Counted from the stretch's first letter, positions 21,023 through 31,867 are shown. The stretch: DNA of 64,000 bases from an uncultured Gemmatimonadales bacterium (GCA_963707505.1 CAVPQB010000004.1:352001-416000), one strand, 5' to 3'. Numbers and translations: made by a program. The notes: generated from the sequence alone by a model not told the origin.

Positions 21023-22648
21023 TCAGAGTCCGGAGAGCAGCGCGTCGTTGTTCGGCGTCGCTGCAATTCGCTTTATCAGCCACTCCATGGCCGAGCTCGA
21101 CGGCATCTGCTGCAAGCCCCGGCGGAGTGTGTAAACGTGGTCGAGCTGATCGGGCCGGAAGAGCTTGTCCTCACGTCGCGTACCGCTTATCCCGATGTCG
21201 ATGGCGGGGAAGATGCGCTTCTCCGCGAGGCTGCGATCCAGCTTTATCTCGCAGTTGCCGGTTCCCTTGAACTCCTCGAAGATCACGTCGTCCATCCGCG
21301 ACCCCGTTTCGACGAGCGCCGTCGCGATGATGGTGAGCGAGCCGCCGCCGTTTTCTGGGGCGACTGAGCGCGCCGAGCCAAAGAACGCCTTCGGTTTCGC
21401 CATGGCCGATGAGTCGAGGCCGCCGCTCATGGTGCGGCCCGTACCACGCTCGATGGTATTGTAGGCACGCGCCAGGCGTGTGATGGAGTCGAGCACGATC
21501 ACGACGTCCTGCCCGAGCTCGACGAGTCTGCGGGCCCGCTCCAGCGTCATCTCGGCGACGTCCGCGTGGCGCTGAGCCGGCATGTCGAAGCTGGATGCGA
21601 CTACTTCGCCGTGACCGATCGAGATCATGTCGCTCACTTCCTCAGGGCGCTCGTCCACGAGGAGGACGAACAGCTGCACGTCCGGTTGATTGATGGCGAT
21701 CCCCTCGATCACCGCCTGCAACAACATCGTCTTGCCTGCGCGTGCGGGAGCCACGATGAGCGCCCGCTGTCCGTAGCCGATTGGCGCGATGAGATCGATC
21801 GCGCGTCGAGTCAGCTCCGGCCCCGCCTTGGCTGGACGGCCAGTCTCGAGCGACAGCTTGCGATCCGGATACGACGCGACGAGCGACGCAAATTCCGGCC
21901 GGCGCAGCGCCGCCTCGGGATCGCCCCCATTGACGGTCAGTAACTCGGCGGCAGTCAGACGACCGCGCTGATCGCGGCCAACGGTGACGGTCAGGAGATC
22001 CCCGCGACGGAGACCTGCCTGACGAACGAGCTGTGCCGGTACGAATGGGTCGTTGGCCTCCGCCAGGTAGCTATGGCTTGCGCTGCGGAGGTATCCTGCG
22101 TCGCGCTGCGGATCGAAGAGGCCTGACGTTTCGCCTTCGACGATGATTGGTCCTACCGGGCCGCGGGGTGCGGCGTCTGCCTGCGGGCGGCTGCGGCGGT
22201 TATTGCGGCGTCCGCCACCGAATTGCTGATTGTTGTTCTGGTTCTGCCGTTGATGTTGTTGCTGCTGCTGCTGGCTGCTGCTGATTCGCCGCCACCCTGG
22301 GCGTTTCGATTGCGGTGTCGGAAGCGGCGAAACCGGCCGCGTCCCTGTCCGCCGCGCTCGTTGCCTCCGTCCTCGTTGGCGCCGGATCCGTCTGACTGGA
22401 CACCGTCGCCTCCACCGGATGAATCCGGCGGAGCGGATGGACTTTCGCTCCCGATTATCGCGCGGAACCAGAGATACGGCAGGGGCCGGATCCAAATGGG
22501 GCCGCGGCTCCGGTGCGGGAGTAGGGGCCGATTGGGCCTGCGGAGCGGAGTCCAGATACGGATTCGCATCTGAAATCGCATCGGTGGACGTTGCATCGTC
22601 GGGGCTCTGCCCACGACCGCGACGGGTTGAACGTCGGCGTTCAGTCAT
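21023..22648 (-). CDS. rho: transcription termination factor Rho with long disordered N-terminus (two compensating frameshifts near 22460 and 22280)
   Basis: 'IDLIAPIGYGQRALIVAPARAGKT', 'DERPEEV', 'LDSITRLARAYN', 'ATALVETGSRMDDVIFEEFKGTGN'. Confidence 0.93.
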   Translation of the reverse strand: MTERRRSTRRGRGQSPDDATSTDAISDANPYLDSAPQAQSAPTPAPEPRPHLDPAPAVSLVPRDNRERKSIRSAGFIRWRRRCPVRRIRRQRGRRQRARRTGTRPVSPLPTPQSKRPGWRRISSSQQQQQQHQRQNQNNNQQFGGGRRNNRRSRPQADAAPRGPVGPIIVEGETSGLFDPQRDAGYLRSASHSYLAEANDPFVPAQLVRQAGLRRGDLLTVTVGRDQRGRLTAAELLTVNGGDPEAALRRPEFASLVASYPDRKLSLETGRPAKAGPELTRRAIDLIAPIGYGQRALIVAPARAGKTMLLQAVIEGIAINQPDVQLFVLLVDERPEEVSDMISIGHGEVVASSFDMPAQRHADVAEMTLERARRLVELGQDVVIVLDSITRLARAYNTIERGTGRTMSGGLDSSAMAKPKAFFGSARSVAPENGGGSLTIIATALVETGSRMDDVIFEEFKGTGNCEIKLDRSLAEKRIFPAIDIGISGTRREDKLFRPDQLDHVYTLRRGLQQMPSSSAMEWLIKRIAATPNNDALLSGL

Positions 22649-22860
22649 GTAAAAGATTTTTCGGGTACAGAGGCGCCGGCGACACTCGCCGCAAGCGCAT
22701 TACGCAACGGGCGCAGGGCGCAATCGTCGCGGTCACTCGATTTGTCGTGTTGATTCGGAAGTGTCTCGGGGAGCGCGGGGCCAACTCACGCGGCGCACCC
22801 GGGGACTATGCCCTTCAATCTGCGCGCGATAACGCGCGCCTTGTTCGCACTACTCCCTTT

Positions 22861-22889
22861 ACGCTAGCACCCCCCGCGACTCTTGTCCA
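22861..22889 (-). promoter_or_regulatory. sigma70-type promoter for rho
   Basis: Minus strand TGGACA-17 nt-TAGCGT with extended -10 TG; about 205-nt leader to the rho ATG. Confidence 0.5.
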
Positions 22890-22908
22890 GAGGGATACAT
22901 TTCGGTAA

Positions 22909-23361
22909 ATGGACGATCTATCATACCCCACCGTTGCGGATTTGGAGCAATCGGTGGCAGAAAACCCTGGTGACGCCCAGGCTTTGGTGCGGCTCGCCAA
23001 CGGATACTGGCTGGAGGGAAGGGGTCCGGACCTCGTCGGCGAGATCGCCGACCGGGCACGGAAACTCGACCCCGCGAGTCGCGGCGCATGGCACATGTGG
23101 GCCCTCGCCGAATCGAATCCGCGTGACCGGACGGAACGCTGGCGCCAGGTCACGGTTCAGTTTCCGGACGACGACCTCGCCCGCGCCAATCTTGCTGACA
23201 ATGCAGCTGCACTGGCAGGTGCCGAGCACGATTACGTGGCGCTCGATCTCGCCATAGACACATACGAACAGCTACTCGCCAACGCGACCGAGCCCGATCA
23301 GCGCGAAGCACTCGAAAAGGCGATCGGAATTCTGCGCGAAATGGAAGTTCTGAAGCGTTAG
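22909..23361 (+). CDS. helical-repeat (TPR-like) hypothetical protein
   Basis: 150 aa of amphipathic helices ('NPGDAQALVRLA', 'FPDDDLARANLA'); TACATT 7 nt before the ATG. Confidence 0.7.
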   Translation: MDDLSYPTVADLEQSVAENPGDAQALVRLANGYWLEGRGPDLVGEIADRARKLDPASRGAWHMWALAESNPRDRTERWRQVTVQFPDDDLARANLADNAAALAGAEHDYVALDLAIDTYEQLLANATEPDQREALEKAIGILREMEVLKR

Positions 23362-24369
23362 CGTACGAAGCGCGTGTTCGTCTTGTCCAGCTTATCCAGC
23401 TCGTTCTTGATGTTGTTTCCGACCGCCTGCACGCGTGTGATGTGGTGCGGATCGAAGGCAGGGTCGTAGGGGCTCCGAGTCGGCCCACCGGCGACTTCCA
23501 TCACAGCCTCGAAGTGATAGCTGTGAACCTTGCCGGTCTTGGGATCGCGCCACGAGCCCTGCCATGCGAGCTGGCGATTCTTGGGCCAGATACCGTAAGG
23601 CAATGCCATCGACCTGATCTTGTACCCCGGGACCGCTGAATCGATGCCCATCGCATTACGCGCGATCTGCTCCTGAACAACTGCGTCAGAGTACTTGTTG
23701 AGCATTGCATGCCACACTGTGTGATCGCACAGCTCGAAGCCATTGTCAGCGAGCCACTTCACCTTCTGGAACCGCCACTCCTTTTTCTGACCGGCAAACT
23801 TCACATTATCGCCAAAAAAATTGTGACCCGCAGCGCCGCCATTCAGCATGCAGAACACGGCCCGGTTCTTCCATCCCGGATGCGATCTGGCAAAGTCGAG
23901 CCAGATTCCCATTCCGCTGGTCGGGTCGATCTCGAGCTTGCCGTTCTTCTCGATGTAGCTGAACTGGCCCGGTGAGGCGTCATCGAACACTACCACCACC
24001 GGCGACATTCCCACCGGAACATCAGTGAAATTCTTGTCCAGCACCTGCGCCAGAGTCACCGGCCGGTATCCGCGGCGATAGGCGTCTTCGAGATCGGCGC
24101 GAAAATGCTCGCGCGTTCTGCTATATAGAGCGTCGTGATCCCCGATCAGATGGTATTCGAGAACCGGGATGCGCCCCATCCTGTTTGGTGCGCGCGTCGG
24201 AGCGGGCGACTGGTTCGGGGACGGGTCCAAGTCCACCGGAGCGACCGTAGCACGGTGTTTCGGTGTATTGAGCGGCGATTTGGCGCTCCGGCGTGACGCG
24301 ACGGACGCACCTGCGATCGCGGCTCCCGCAACGGTCACCGGCAAGGGCAACTGCTAATGGGCGATACAT
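23358..24369 (-). CDS. polysaccharide deacetylase family protein (5' end uncertain, possible frameshift near 24340)
   Basis: 'IPVLEYH', 'VVVFDD', 'FELCDHTVWH', 'ALPYG' motifs of NodB/CE4 type. Confidence 0.78.
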
Positions 24370-24376
24370 TCTGATC

Positions 24377-26473
24377 ATGGATCTACGGTTCGGCAAAATC
24401 GGGAAGAGGCAATATATAACGGCGGCCATCGCGGTTCTCATCGTCGCGATTTACGGGTCCGACGCGTGGCTTGCGACCTGCGGCGGTGAGGGATGCCCCA
24501 GCGCGGCCGACATCCGGTCGTTTCATCCGGACGAAGGCGGACGAGTACTCGACCGGGAAGGAAACTTCATCAGTCGGCTCGCCGTCGTGCGCCGCGTCAA
24601 CGTACCATTGAGCGCGGTTCCGGTTCCCGTGCGCCAGGCATTCGTCGCGACAGAAGACCGCCGATTCTATGACCATCAGGGGATCGACTGGCACGCACTC
24701 GTGCGCGCGACGCTTCGGAACATTCGCGCTGGCGGTGTGCGTGAGGGGTTTTCCACGATCACCATGCAGGTAGTCCGAAACACCTTCGCCGTTCGTCGGT
24801 ACAGCGGCCGCTCCTTTCGCCAGAAGCTGCTGGAGATGCGCCTCTCTCGGCTGCTCGAGCGCAATCTGACCAAGAATCAGATATTGGAGCTCTACCTCAA
24901 CGTCATCTACCTGGGCAACGGCGTGTACGGTGTAGAGGCAGCGAGCCGAGATCTGTTCGACAAGAGTGTGGGCGATCTCACAGTGCCGGAAGGCGCCATG
25001 CTCGCGGCGCTGCCCAAAGGACCGTCAGCGTACACCCCGCGTCGCTCACCGCGCAGAGCCGTCGCGCGTCGCAATCTCGTGCTCGGATTGATGGCGCGCG
25101 AAGGATACATCTCAGCTGCCGCGGACAGCCAGTACGTGAAGACTCCACTTCGTGTGGCTAAGAACGAATGGCGGCCGGACATGTCCGGTGACTCGTACGC
25201 CATCGACGCGGTGCGTGATGTCGTTGATTCCGTCCTCAAGGGCGGATCGCGCGACGTGAACGATCTCACGGTGTACACGACGCTCGATGAGCGAGCGCAG
25301 ATCGCCGCCGATCGCGCGGTCCGGCGCCAGGCGGCGGTGATCCAGCAGGAGTCCGACCGCCGCGGTCCGCACGTCGAGGGAGCAATGGTGGCACTCGATC
25401 CGCGCACGGGTGACATCCGCGCACTCGTCGGCGGACGGACATTCGAACGCGGCGGATTCGATCGTGCGTTGCTCGCGCACCGCCAGCCGGGCTCTGCATT
25501 CAAACCGTTCGTGTACGCTACTGCACTCGCGGCAGGCTACACACCGGCGAGCGAAGTGGATGATGCACCCATCTCGGTCAAGGTGGGCAACACGATATGG
25601 TCTCCGAAGAACGACGGCGGCGAATATGGCGGACATGTGACGTTCCGTCGCGCGCTCATGCGATCCGAGAATACTGCGGCGGTTCGCGTCAGCCAGCTCG
25701 TCGGCATTCCAGCGATTATCGCGACGGCGCACCGCTTCGGCATCCGCAGCGATCTACCCAACGTTCCATCCGCGGCACTCGGCGCGCTCGAAGTCACGCC
25801 AATGGAGCTCGCGACGGCGTACGCACCATTTGCGAACGGAGGCTTTCGCGTGACGCCGCGACTCGTGCGACGCATTCAGACTGCGGACGGCCAGGTTCTA
25901 TGGAGCAGCGACAACCAGCGCGTGCGCGTCATGACTCCGCAGGACGCGTATCAGATCACGTCGATGCTTCAATCAGTCGTCAACTACGGCACGGGCTACG
26001 TCATTCGCGACCTCGGCGTCGACGGCCTCGTTGGAGGCAAGACCGGCACGACCAATGACGGCGCCGACGTCTGGTTCATGGGCTTCACGCCGACGATCGT
26101 CGCCGGATTCTGGTTCGGCTACGATACGCCGCGGCCCGTCGGATACAACGCGTCGGGCGGCCGCCTCGCAGCACCGGCGTGGGCGGATTTCATCACGAAT
26201 GGATGGGATGAACCCGATCCCCCGAATTCATGGGCGCCACCGGCGGGAATGGTTCCGGCGACGATCGACGCGCGAACAGGATATCTCGCGACAGAATGGT
26301 GTCCGATCAGGCAGCGAGAGTACTTCAAGCCGGGAACGCTGCCCACGACACCGTGTCCCGTGCACTCCGGCCCACCGGAGATCCAGCTCGACAGCACGCT
26401 GATACAGGTGCCGAACGCGGTGGAGAAGATCGGGAAGGGAATTGGTGGATTCTTGCACAGGATCTTTCACTGA
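24377..26473 (+). CDS. class A penicillin-binding protein (PBP1A family)
   Basis: Transglycosylase 'EDRRFYDHQG', 'GFSTITMQ', 'LELYLN'; transpeptidase 'GSAFKP', 'SEN', 'KTGT'. Confidence 0.93.
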   Translation: MDLRFGKIGKRQYITAAIAVLIVAIYGSDAWLATCGGEGCPSAADIRSFHPDEGGRVLDREGNFISRLAVVRRVNVPLSAVPVPVRQAFVATEDRRFYDHQGIDWHALVRATLRNIRAGGVREGFSTITMQVVRNTFAVRRYSGRSFRQKLLEMRLSRLLERNLTKNQILELYLNVIYLGNGVYGVEAASRDLFDKSVGDLTVPEGAMLAALPKGPSAYTPRRSPRRAVARRNLVLGLMAREGYISAAADSQYVKTPLRVAKNEWRPDMSGDSYAIDAVRDVVDSVLKGGSRDVNDLTVYTTLDERAQIAADRAVRRQAAVIQQESDRRGPHVEGAMVALDPRTGDIRALVGGRTFERGGFDRALLAHRQPGSAFKPFVYATALAAGYTPASEVDDAPISVKVGNTIWSPKNDGGEYGGHVTFRRALMRSENTAAVRVSQLVGIPAIIATAHRFGIRSDLPNVPSAALGALEVTPMELATAYAPFANGGFRVTPRLVRRIQTADGQVLWSSDNQRVRVMTPQDAYQITSMLQSVVNYGTGYVIRDLGVDGLVGGKTGTTNDGADVWFMGFTPTIVAGFWFGYDTPRPVGYNASGGRLAAPAWADFITNGWDEPDPPNSWAPPAGMVPATIDARTGYLATEWCPIRQREYFKPGTLPTTPCPVHSGPPEIQLDSTLIQVPNAVEKIGKGIGGFLHRIFH

Positions 26474-26490
26474 CGCGTAACTCCATCCGC

Positions 26491-29400
26491 TCAACGCGGA
26501 TTCAACGCGTCCTGGCCGTGTACGTCATCGGGTGCGGCCAGCAGGCGGTTCGCTGGATATGGCAACATTCGTAGCTGCAGCTTGTCCAGAATTGAGGGCA
26601 GGACGCGCCGGATGCTGACATGGCCGAGCTCCGTCGTGAGATCGAACGCCGCGAGTTGCCGTTTCGTCGCTTCCTTTATGTTGTAATCGTCGCCCTGACT
26701 CGCGAGATACGTCGCGAACTCGAGAAATACGGAGTCGCGCGCCGCCATGTAGGATCTCTCGGCGCTGCGAAGACTGTCGACCTGCACCCGATTGAGCAGC
26801 AGCGAGTCCGACTCGGCGAGTATCTCCCGGTAAGGATCTGGAATTACTCTGTCGTAATTCCGCTTGATCTGCGCGGCCGTCAGACGCGGTCCGGGAAAGC
26901 CATGCCGCCCGCGCCGAACCCACCGCTTCACGAAGCTCTCGTACGGGTCAGGTGCAAGATCGACAGTGATATCGAGGGTGACGCGGAACGGTGCGCGAAT
27001 CGTCGTTGCGTTCGAGCGTGTGTCACCGAATCGCGAATTCACTCCATAGTCGAAGCGATGGGTTACCGGGTCGAATCCGCGTACGCTGTACAGCACCGGA
27101 TCGGGAGTCGCGAAGGCTCCCCATCCCCTCAGGTGATCGGCTCCGTGCAGCAGCTGGTCCAGCCCGCCAAGTGCGTTGGAGAAGTGGAGCGCAACCGAGC
27201 CACGTCGCGCGTACGGCAGCTTTCCGTAGTACGTCAGCTGCGCATCCAGCATCGCGGTCCACGGACCCTCGCAGCTGTTGCGACCGGCGGCGTCGGCCGA
27301 GTTGCCGCTCGAGACAGTCCCGTGTTGCGGGTTGCGCATCGCGCAACAACGTGCGCATTCCACTCGCCAGCGTGACATCGGGTGTGTTGGCTGGGTCGTA
27401 GATGAACGCACGATCGTTGCTGAGACCGTCTCCGTTCACGTCCCCATTTATGAGCGGAGTGAATGGCAGACCCGACTGGATCCTGCCGAATATGGTGAAA
27501 GTCATGTGGCGCGCGAACAGCCCGCCCTGCGCCATGATCTGGTGCCTTGCGTCGAGGCTGCTGCGCCCCCATTCTCTCGTTGCAGGCGATCCGAACGTGG
27601 CGCCGTCGAATCCCGTCGTCCGTTCGCGCGTGCTCGCAAGACTGTAGCTCACAGATGTGAACCAGGATCCCAGATTGCTCAGATCCGGTGACAGCGTGAG
27701 TGTCGCGCGCCTGTTGATGGAGCGATTCGTCGATACGTTGTCGAAGACGTGCCCGAAGGTCGTCGTGCGACGTGCATCGGCCGACGCAACGACGCCCACT
27801 CGCTGGTACGATGCTTCCCGGGGCGACGAATACGGGACGTCCTTCGTCGGTAGTGAATACCGACACGTCATTGAAGTTGAGATCGACGCGTCCGGGCTGG
27901 TCCACATTGAACGCGTAGAATCCATCGAGCACGTAATTCACGTGCCATGTACTCGAGGTGTAACTCAGATTTCCGCGCCAGCTGTGCGGCGTGCGATACG
28001 ACGGATCGACCAATGCGACACTGGATGCCGTCGAAGCTAATGCACGTGGCGCGGCGTTCGCGCAGCTCGCCGGCGTGGCATTCGGATCGGTGATGTACGA
28101 GGACCACGTTGGAATCGGAGTGGCGCTTCCCACGCACGTCAATATCGATTCTCCGTTCGCCAAGCCGGTCTGCGCACTGGTTGCAGCGATCAGATCCGGC
28201 GCCATGAAGCTTCGGAACTCGCCGAAACCGCCGCGCAGAGTGCCACTCGCAAACCCTGGAAATTGACCGATTATTCCCAGAAGATCGCGTGTGTAGGTGT
28301 TGCCGCGATGACTCCAGGTGAAGCCGAATCGAGGGCTCACTCCGTATCCGTTCGGCGCACGATCGGTGCGCATTCCGAACGCCGATTGCACTGCATCGTT
28401 CTCGCCCGGCATGGTCAGAAAGCGGGTTCCCTCGAGACGCATCCCGTACAGCAGCTCAAGGGACTCGCCGACGCGCCACCAGTCGCCCAATGCAACGTAC
28501 GCGTTGGCAACGCGCCCCGATTGATCCGGTGCGTTCAGAAGGCGAGTAAATGACGACGGACGGTTGCCAGCAAGATCGTCGATCGATTGAAATGTGAAGG
28601 CGCCCAGTGACGGTAGTTGATGCATCCGATTCCCATCCACGCGCGCGTCTGCGGATAGCTTGAGCCTGTGGGTCGGATGGTTCGCCGGATACAACTTGAC
28701 GTCGCCGGACGTCTCCCACGTCCAGCGATCGATCGTCGGTTGCGTTGTCGCGCCGCCGAGCGTAATCGGAACCACACTCGCCGCGCTCGTGTCGGCTGAC
28801 ATTGCGGATGCGAGAAACAGCGTAGCAGCGGGGATGCGCATGGTCGGCACGCTCGCACGATGGCTGAGTGATATCCCTGTCGTTCCCTCTGCAAGCACAT
28901 TGTCGCGAACGTGGCTGACGATATGTCCCTGCAACGCAAGATCGCGGTTGCGCGGCCGACTGGTCGCGCTTGCAGTGGCCGTGGGAGTGAGAGTTCCGAT
29001 ATTCTGGCGGTCGATGGAGCCGTATCCGAGGATCGTCCATGTCGTTTTGGTATCCTCGAACGTGGCCCAGTTGCTGGGTGCATTCCCGATCTGCCCGATG
29101 AATGTGACGCGATCGGAGGTGTGCATTCCGCCGTTGCGATCCGCCTGGTCCGTCAGGCCCACTGATGAGAGAGCGGTCTCGAGTCGCGCGACTGAATCCC
29201 GCGAGATTCCGGACTGAGATGCAATGCGTCCCGGCGCAGTGAACAGCGACACGGGCCGATCGAGCTGTCGAGATGCGGTCAGCCCGTAGTTGTACGCAAT
29301 CTTATCGAGATGCGTCCGGTCCGCGCCGCCGATGTTCGCGATGACGCGTGTGAAGGGTTGGCCAAGCGCTCGCGAGGTCGGATCAGCGTACTGCAACTCC

Positions 29401-30170
29401 GGGGCGTCGAGCGTGAGGTGCGCGCTGCGGATCGAGGCGATGACGTCGTCTGCCAGCTCGATCTGTTCCTGCGCGCCACCAAACCAGCCGCGCGCCGGTT
29501 CGTACGTCGATGTTGCGATTCTGCTGCGTGCAACCGCGCTGCGTGGAAGTTCGGCGCCGGTAAAACCTAGCCCGTTCAGCGTGGCTGCGTTCTGGCCGGG
29601 ATCGATTCCAGCGAGTGACGTACCGCCCGGCGTCATCACCGTTCCCGGAACTGTAGTGAGCATCGCAGCCAGATTGCCTTGCAGATCGGGTGCTATCGCT
29701 CCTGTCACGCCGTCGTATGCGTCATGCTCGACGCCGCCGGGTCCGGGCGTAGCGGCGAAGTCAGCCCCGCCGTAGAGTTGTGGCTTGCGGGTCCGGACGT
29801 TCACCGTTGCCAGTTGCCGCGCGCCGGTACGGAGGAGATGAAGGTCGACTACAAAGACCGAGTCACGCCCAGTCCGCGTCACACGTTTGCGCATGGCATC
29901 CATACCCGGAGCAACAGCATGCACGAGATAGTCGCCACTTCCCTGCTCGAACACGATCTCGTAATACCCGCTCGAATCGGTTTGCGTCTGGCGATACGAT
30001 CGGTCTGGCGCCATCGTCACCGTTACTGTCGCACCAGCGACAGCCTTGCCGCTATCTACTGTGATATGACCATGCAGCACATCGCGGCCGAGCGGCGGTG
30101 ACGTCTGTGCCGCCAACGATTGCGTGATTCCAAGTACCAACGCCAGCGCACAGAACAACGGTCGAGACAT
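26491..30170 (-). CDS. large TonB-dependent-receptor-like outer-membrane protein with carboxypeptidase-regulatory-like N-domain; frameshifts near 27800 and 27300
   Basis: Signal peptide, 'GHITVDSGKAVAGATV...TDSSGYY', plug-like region, 'SPRFGFTW', 'QSGLPFTP..GDVNGDG..NDRAFI'; three ORFs join. Confidence 0.72.
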
Positions 30171-30292
30171 CGTACCTCGCCGGAGAGGATTGCACGTGCG
30201 CCTGGCGCTGCGCAACGCAGTGGCCTTGCTTGCTGCCGATGGCTACGCAAGCGAACGTACGACTTCCAGGTTACACGGCGATGACGCGCGTA

Positions 30293-30308
30293 TTAAGAAT
30301 CGGTTAAG
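30293..30308 (-). promoter_or_regulatory. CTTAA-N6-CTTAA direct repeat (OmpR/PmrA-like box)
   Basis: TTAAG at 30293 and 30304 (11-bp period), upstream of the receptor gene. Confidence 0.35.
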
Positions 30309-30377
30309 CGTTGTGGGATGCGGGCCGGTCCTTCGGCGCGATGAGATTGCGTGCTTCGCTGGTGGGCAGTGCCACGA

Positions 30378-30393
30378 TGTGATCACGCTCGCA
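30378..30393. promoter_or_regulatory. CRP/FNR-family-like site
   Basis: TGTGA-TCACGC-TCGCA, one mismatch to TGTGA-N6-TCACA. Confidence 0.35.
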
Positions 30394-30496
30394 CATCCTG
30401 GATATCTCGGTTGTGGTCGCGCCCGTGACACTTTCGGTACGTGAGCCCATCGCGACGCGGTGCCGTTGGCCGGCATTCGCCGGCCGACTCTGGCAC

Positions 30497-30532
30497 AAAC
30501 AAAAACGTCCGGCTGGTCTTCCCAGCCGGACG
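30497..30532 (-). terminator. intrinsic terminator after DUF1501
   Basis: 11-bp stem CGTCCGGCTGG/CCAGCCGGACG, 5-nt loop, TTTTTGTTT tail on the minus strand. Confidence 0.85.
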
Positions 30533-30558
30533 CATCTTTTCTCGTCTCATCTCTCCGC

Positions 30559-31803
30559 TCACACGAGCCCGAGCCACTCTTGTGGCCCGCCCGTGTATCC
30601 GGGAAATATCTTTTCTACTCGCGATGCTCCAAGATGCTTCACGGCTACCTCGCTGAATACCGTGCGAAAGTCCGTGGTCAGCTTGAGATCGCGCCCTTCA
30701 TTCAGCTGCTCCGGTGCGAGCCCAGGCCACTTGCCGTAGACCTTGCCGCCTTTCACGCCGCCACCCAGGGCGAAGAACGCCGTCGCGTGGCCGTGATCGG
30801 TACCGCGATTCCCGTTCTCCCGCGCCGTACGTCCGAACTCCGACATCGTAAGCACGAGCACGTCGTTCATCTGATCGCCCATATCCTGCGTGAACGCTGC
30901 GAGTGATTTCGCAAAGTCGTCCAGTCTTCCCGCAAGCTGTCCCGTGCCATTTCCCTGATTCACATGCGTGTCCCATCCACCAACGTCGGCGAACGCAACC
31001 TCCAAACCTACATTCGACTTGATGAGTTGCGCAATCTGCATGAGCCGCTGACCAAACTGCGTCTTCGGATAGGCAGCGTTGTTGCGTGGCGCGTACTGCT
31101 GAGGATTGGCGTTTTTGAGAAGCTTCACGGCGTCGAACATTTCCTGCCCGGTTCCGTGCACGAGATCCGCGCTCCCTGTACGGTAAAGCGCCTCGAGCCG
31201 CTCGGTCTCGCTTCCCGTCGCCCGAACCGAAAATTCACCCAGTGAGCTCATCGCAATCGTCTCGGCGGGACCCTCGAGTATGCGAGGCGTCTGCGGCGTC
31301 ATCGCAATCGCGCGGAACGGCTCCGCCTGACACTGCTGACACGTGCCCTCCACCGCGAGAAGGCGATTGAGCCATCCGTCCGGTGTTCCCTTCACGTCCG
31401 GCGTTCCCGTTTCCATGAAGTCCTGCGCGTCGAAGTGAGAGCGCGACGTGCTCGGACTGCCTACAGCGTGGATCGGTGCAAGCAGTTTCTGATCCCAGAG
31501 CGGCTTGAGCGGCGCGAGCGACGGATGCAGGCCGAAGAATCCGTCCAGATCGATCGCGCCCGCGGCCTGTCCGGGTCGCGCAACTGCGATCGTCGGACGC
31601 ATGTCATAGTACGCCTTCTCCCCGTGCGGAACCACGACGTTCAATCCGTCCGCCGCACCACGTTGAAAGAGACATACAAGCGTCTTCCCCCTGGGGACGT
31701 TCTTCAGCTCCATGCCATACGCCATTCTGCGCAGGAAACTGGGACTCAATCCCATTGTAACGAGCGCCAACGCTCCCGACTTCACGAATACTCTGCGGTC
31801 CAT
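30559..31803 (-). CDS. DUF1501 family protein with Tat-like signal
   Basis: 'MDRRVFVK', 'FQRGAADGLNVVVP', 'SRSHFDAQ', 'GWDTHVNQ', 'SEFGRT..EN..GTDHG'. Confidence 0.9.
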   Translation of the reverse strand: MDRRVFVKSGALALVTMGLSPSFLRRMAYGMELKNVPRGKTLVCLFQRGAADGLNVVVPHGEKAYYDMRPTIAVARPGQAAGAIDLDGFFGLHPSLAPLKPLWDQKLLAPIHAVGSPSTSRSHFDAQDFMETGTPDVKGTPDGWLNRLLAVEGTCQQCQAEPFRAIAMTPQTPRILEGPAETIAMSSLGEFSVRATGSETERLEALYRTGSADLVHGTGQEMFDAVKLLKNANPQQYAPRNNAAYPKTQFGQRLMQIAQLIKSNVGLEVAFADVGGWDTHVNQGNGTGQLAGRLDDFAKSLAAFTQDMGDQMNDVLVLTMSEFGRTARENGNRGTDHGHATAFFALGGGVKGGKVYGKWPGLAPEQLNEGRDLKLTTDFRTVFSEVAVKHLGASRVEKIFPGYTGGPQEWLGLV

Positions 31804-31867
31804 CTTGATTCGTCCTCCAGTTGCGACGCGCTATGCCTCACGTCTACTTGTATTCTCGTTGTCTTCT

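Noticed and set aside
30243..30498. Small ORFs upstream of the receptor gene
   Set aside because: No RBS or leaderless box, no motifs, and several overlapping frames look equally poor; treated as regulatory DNA.
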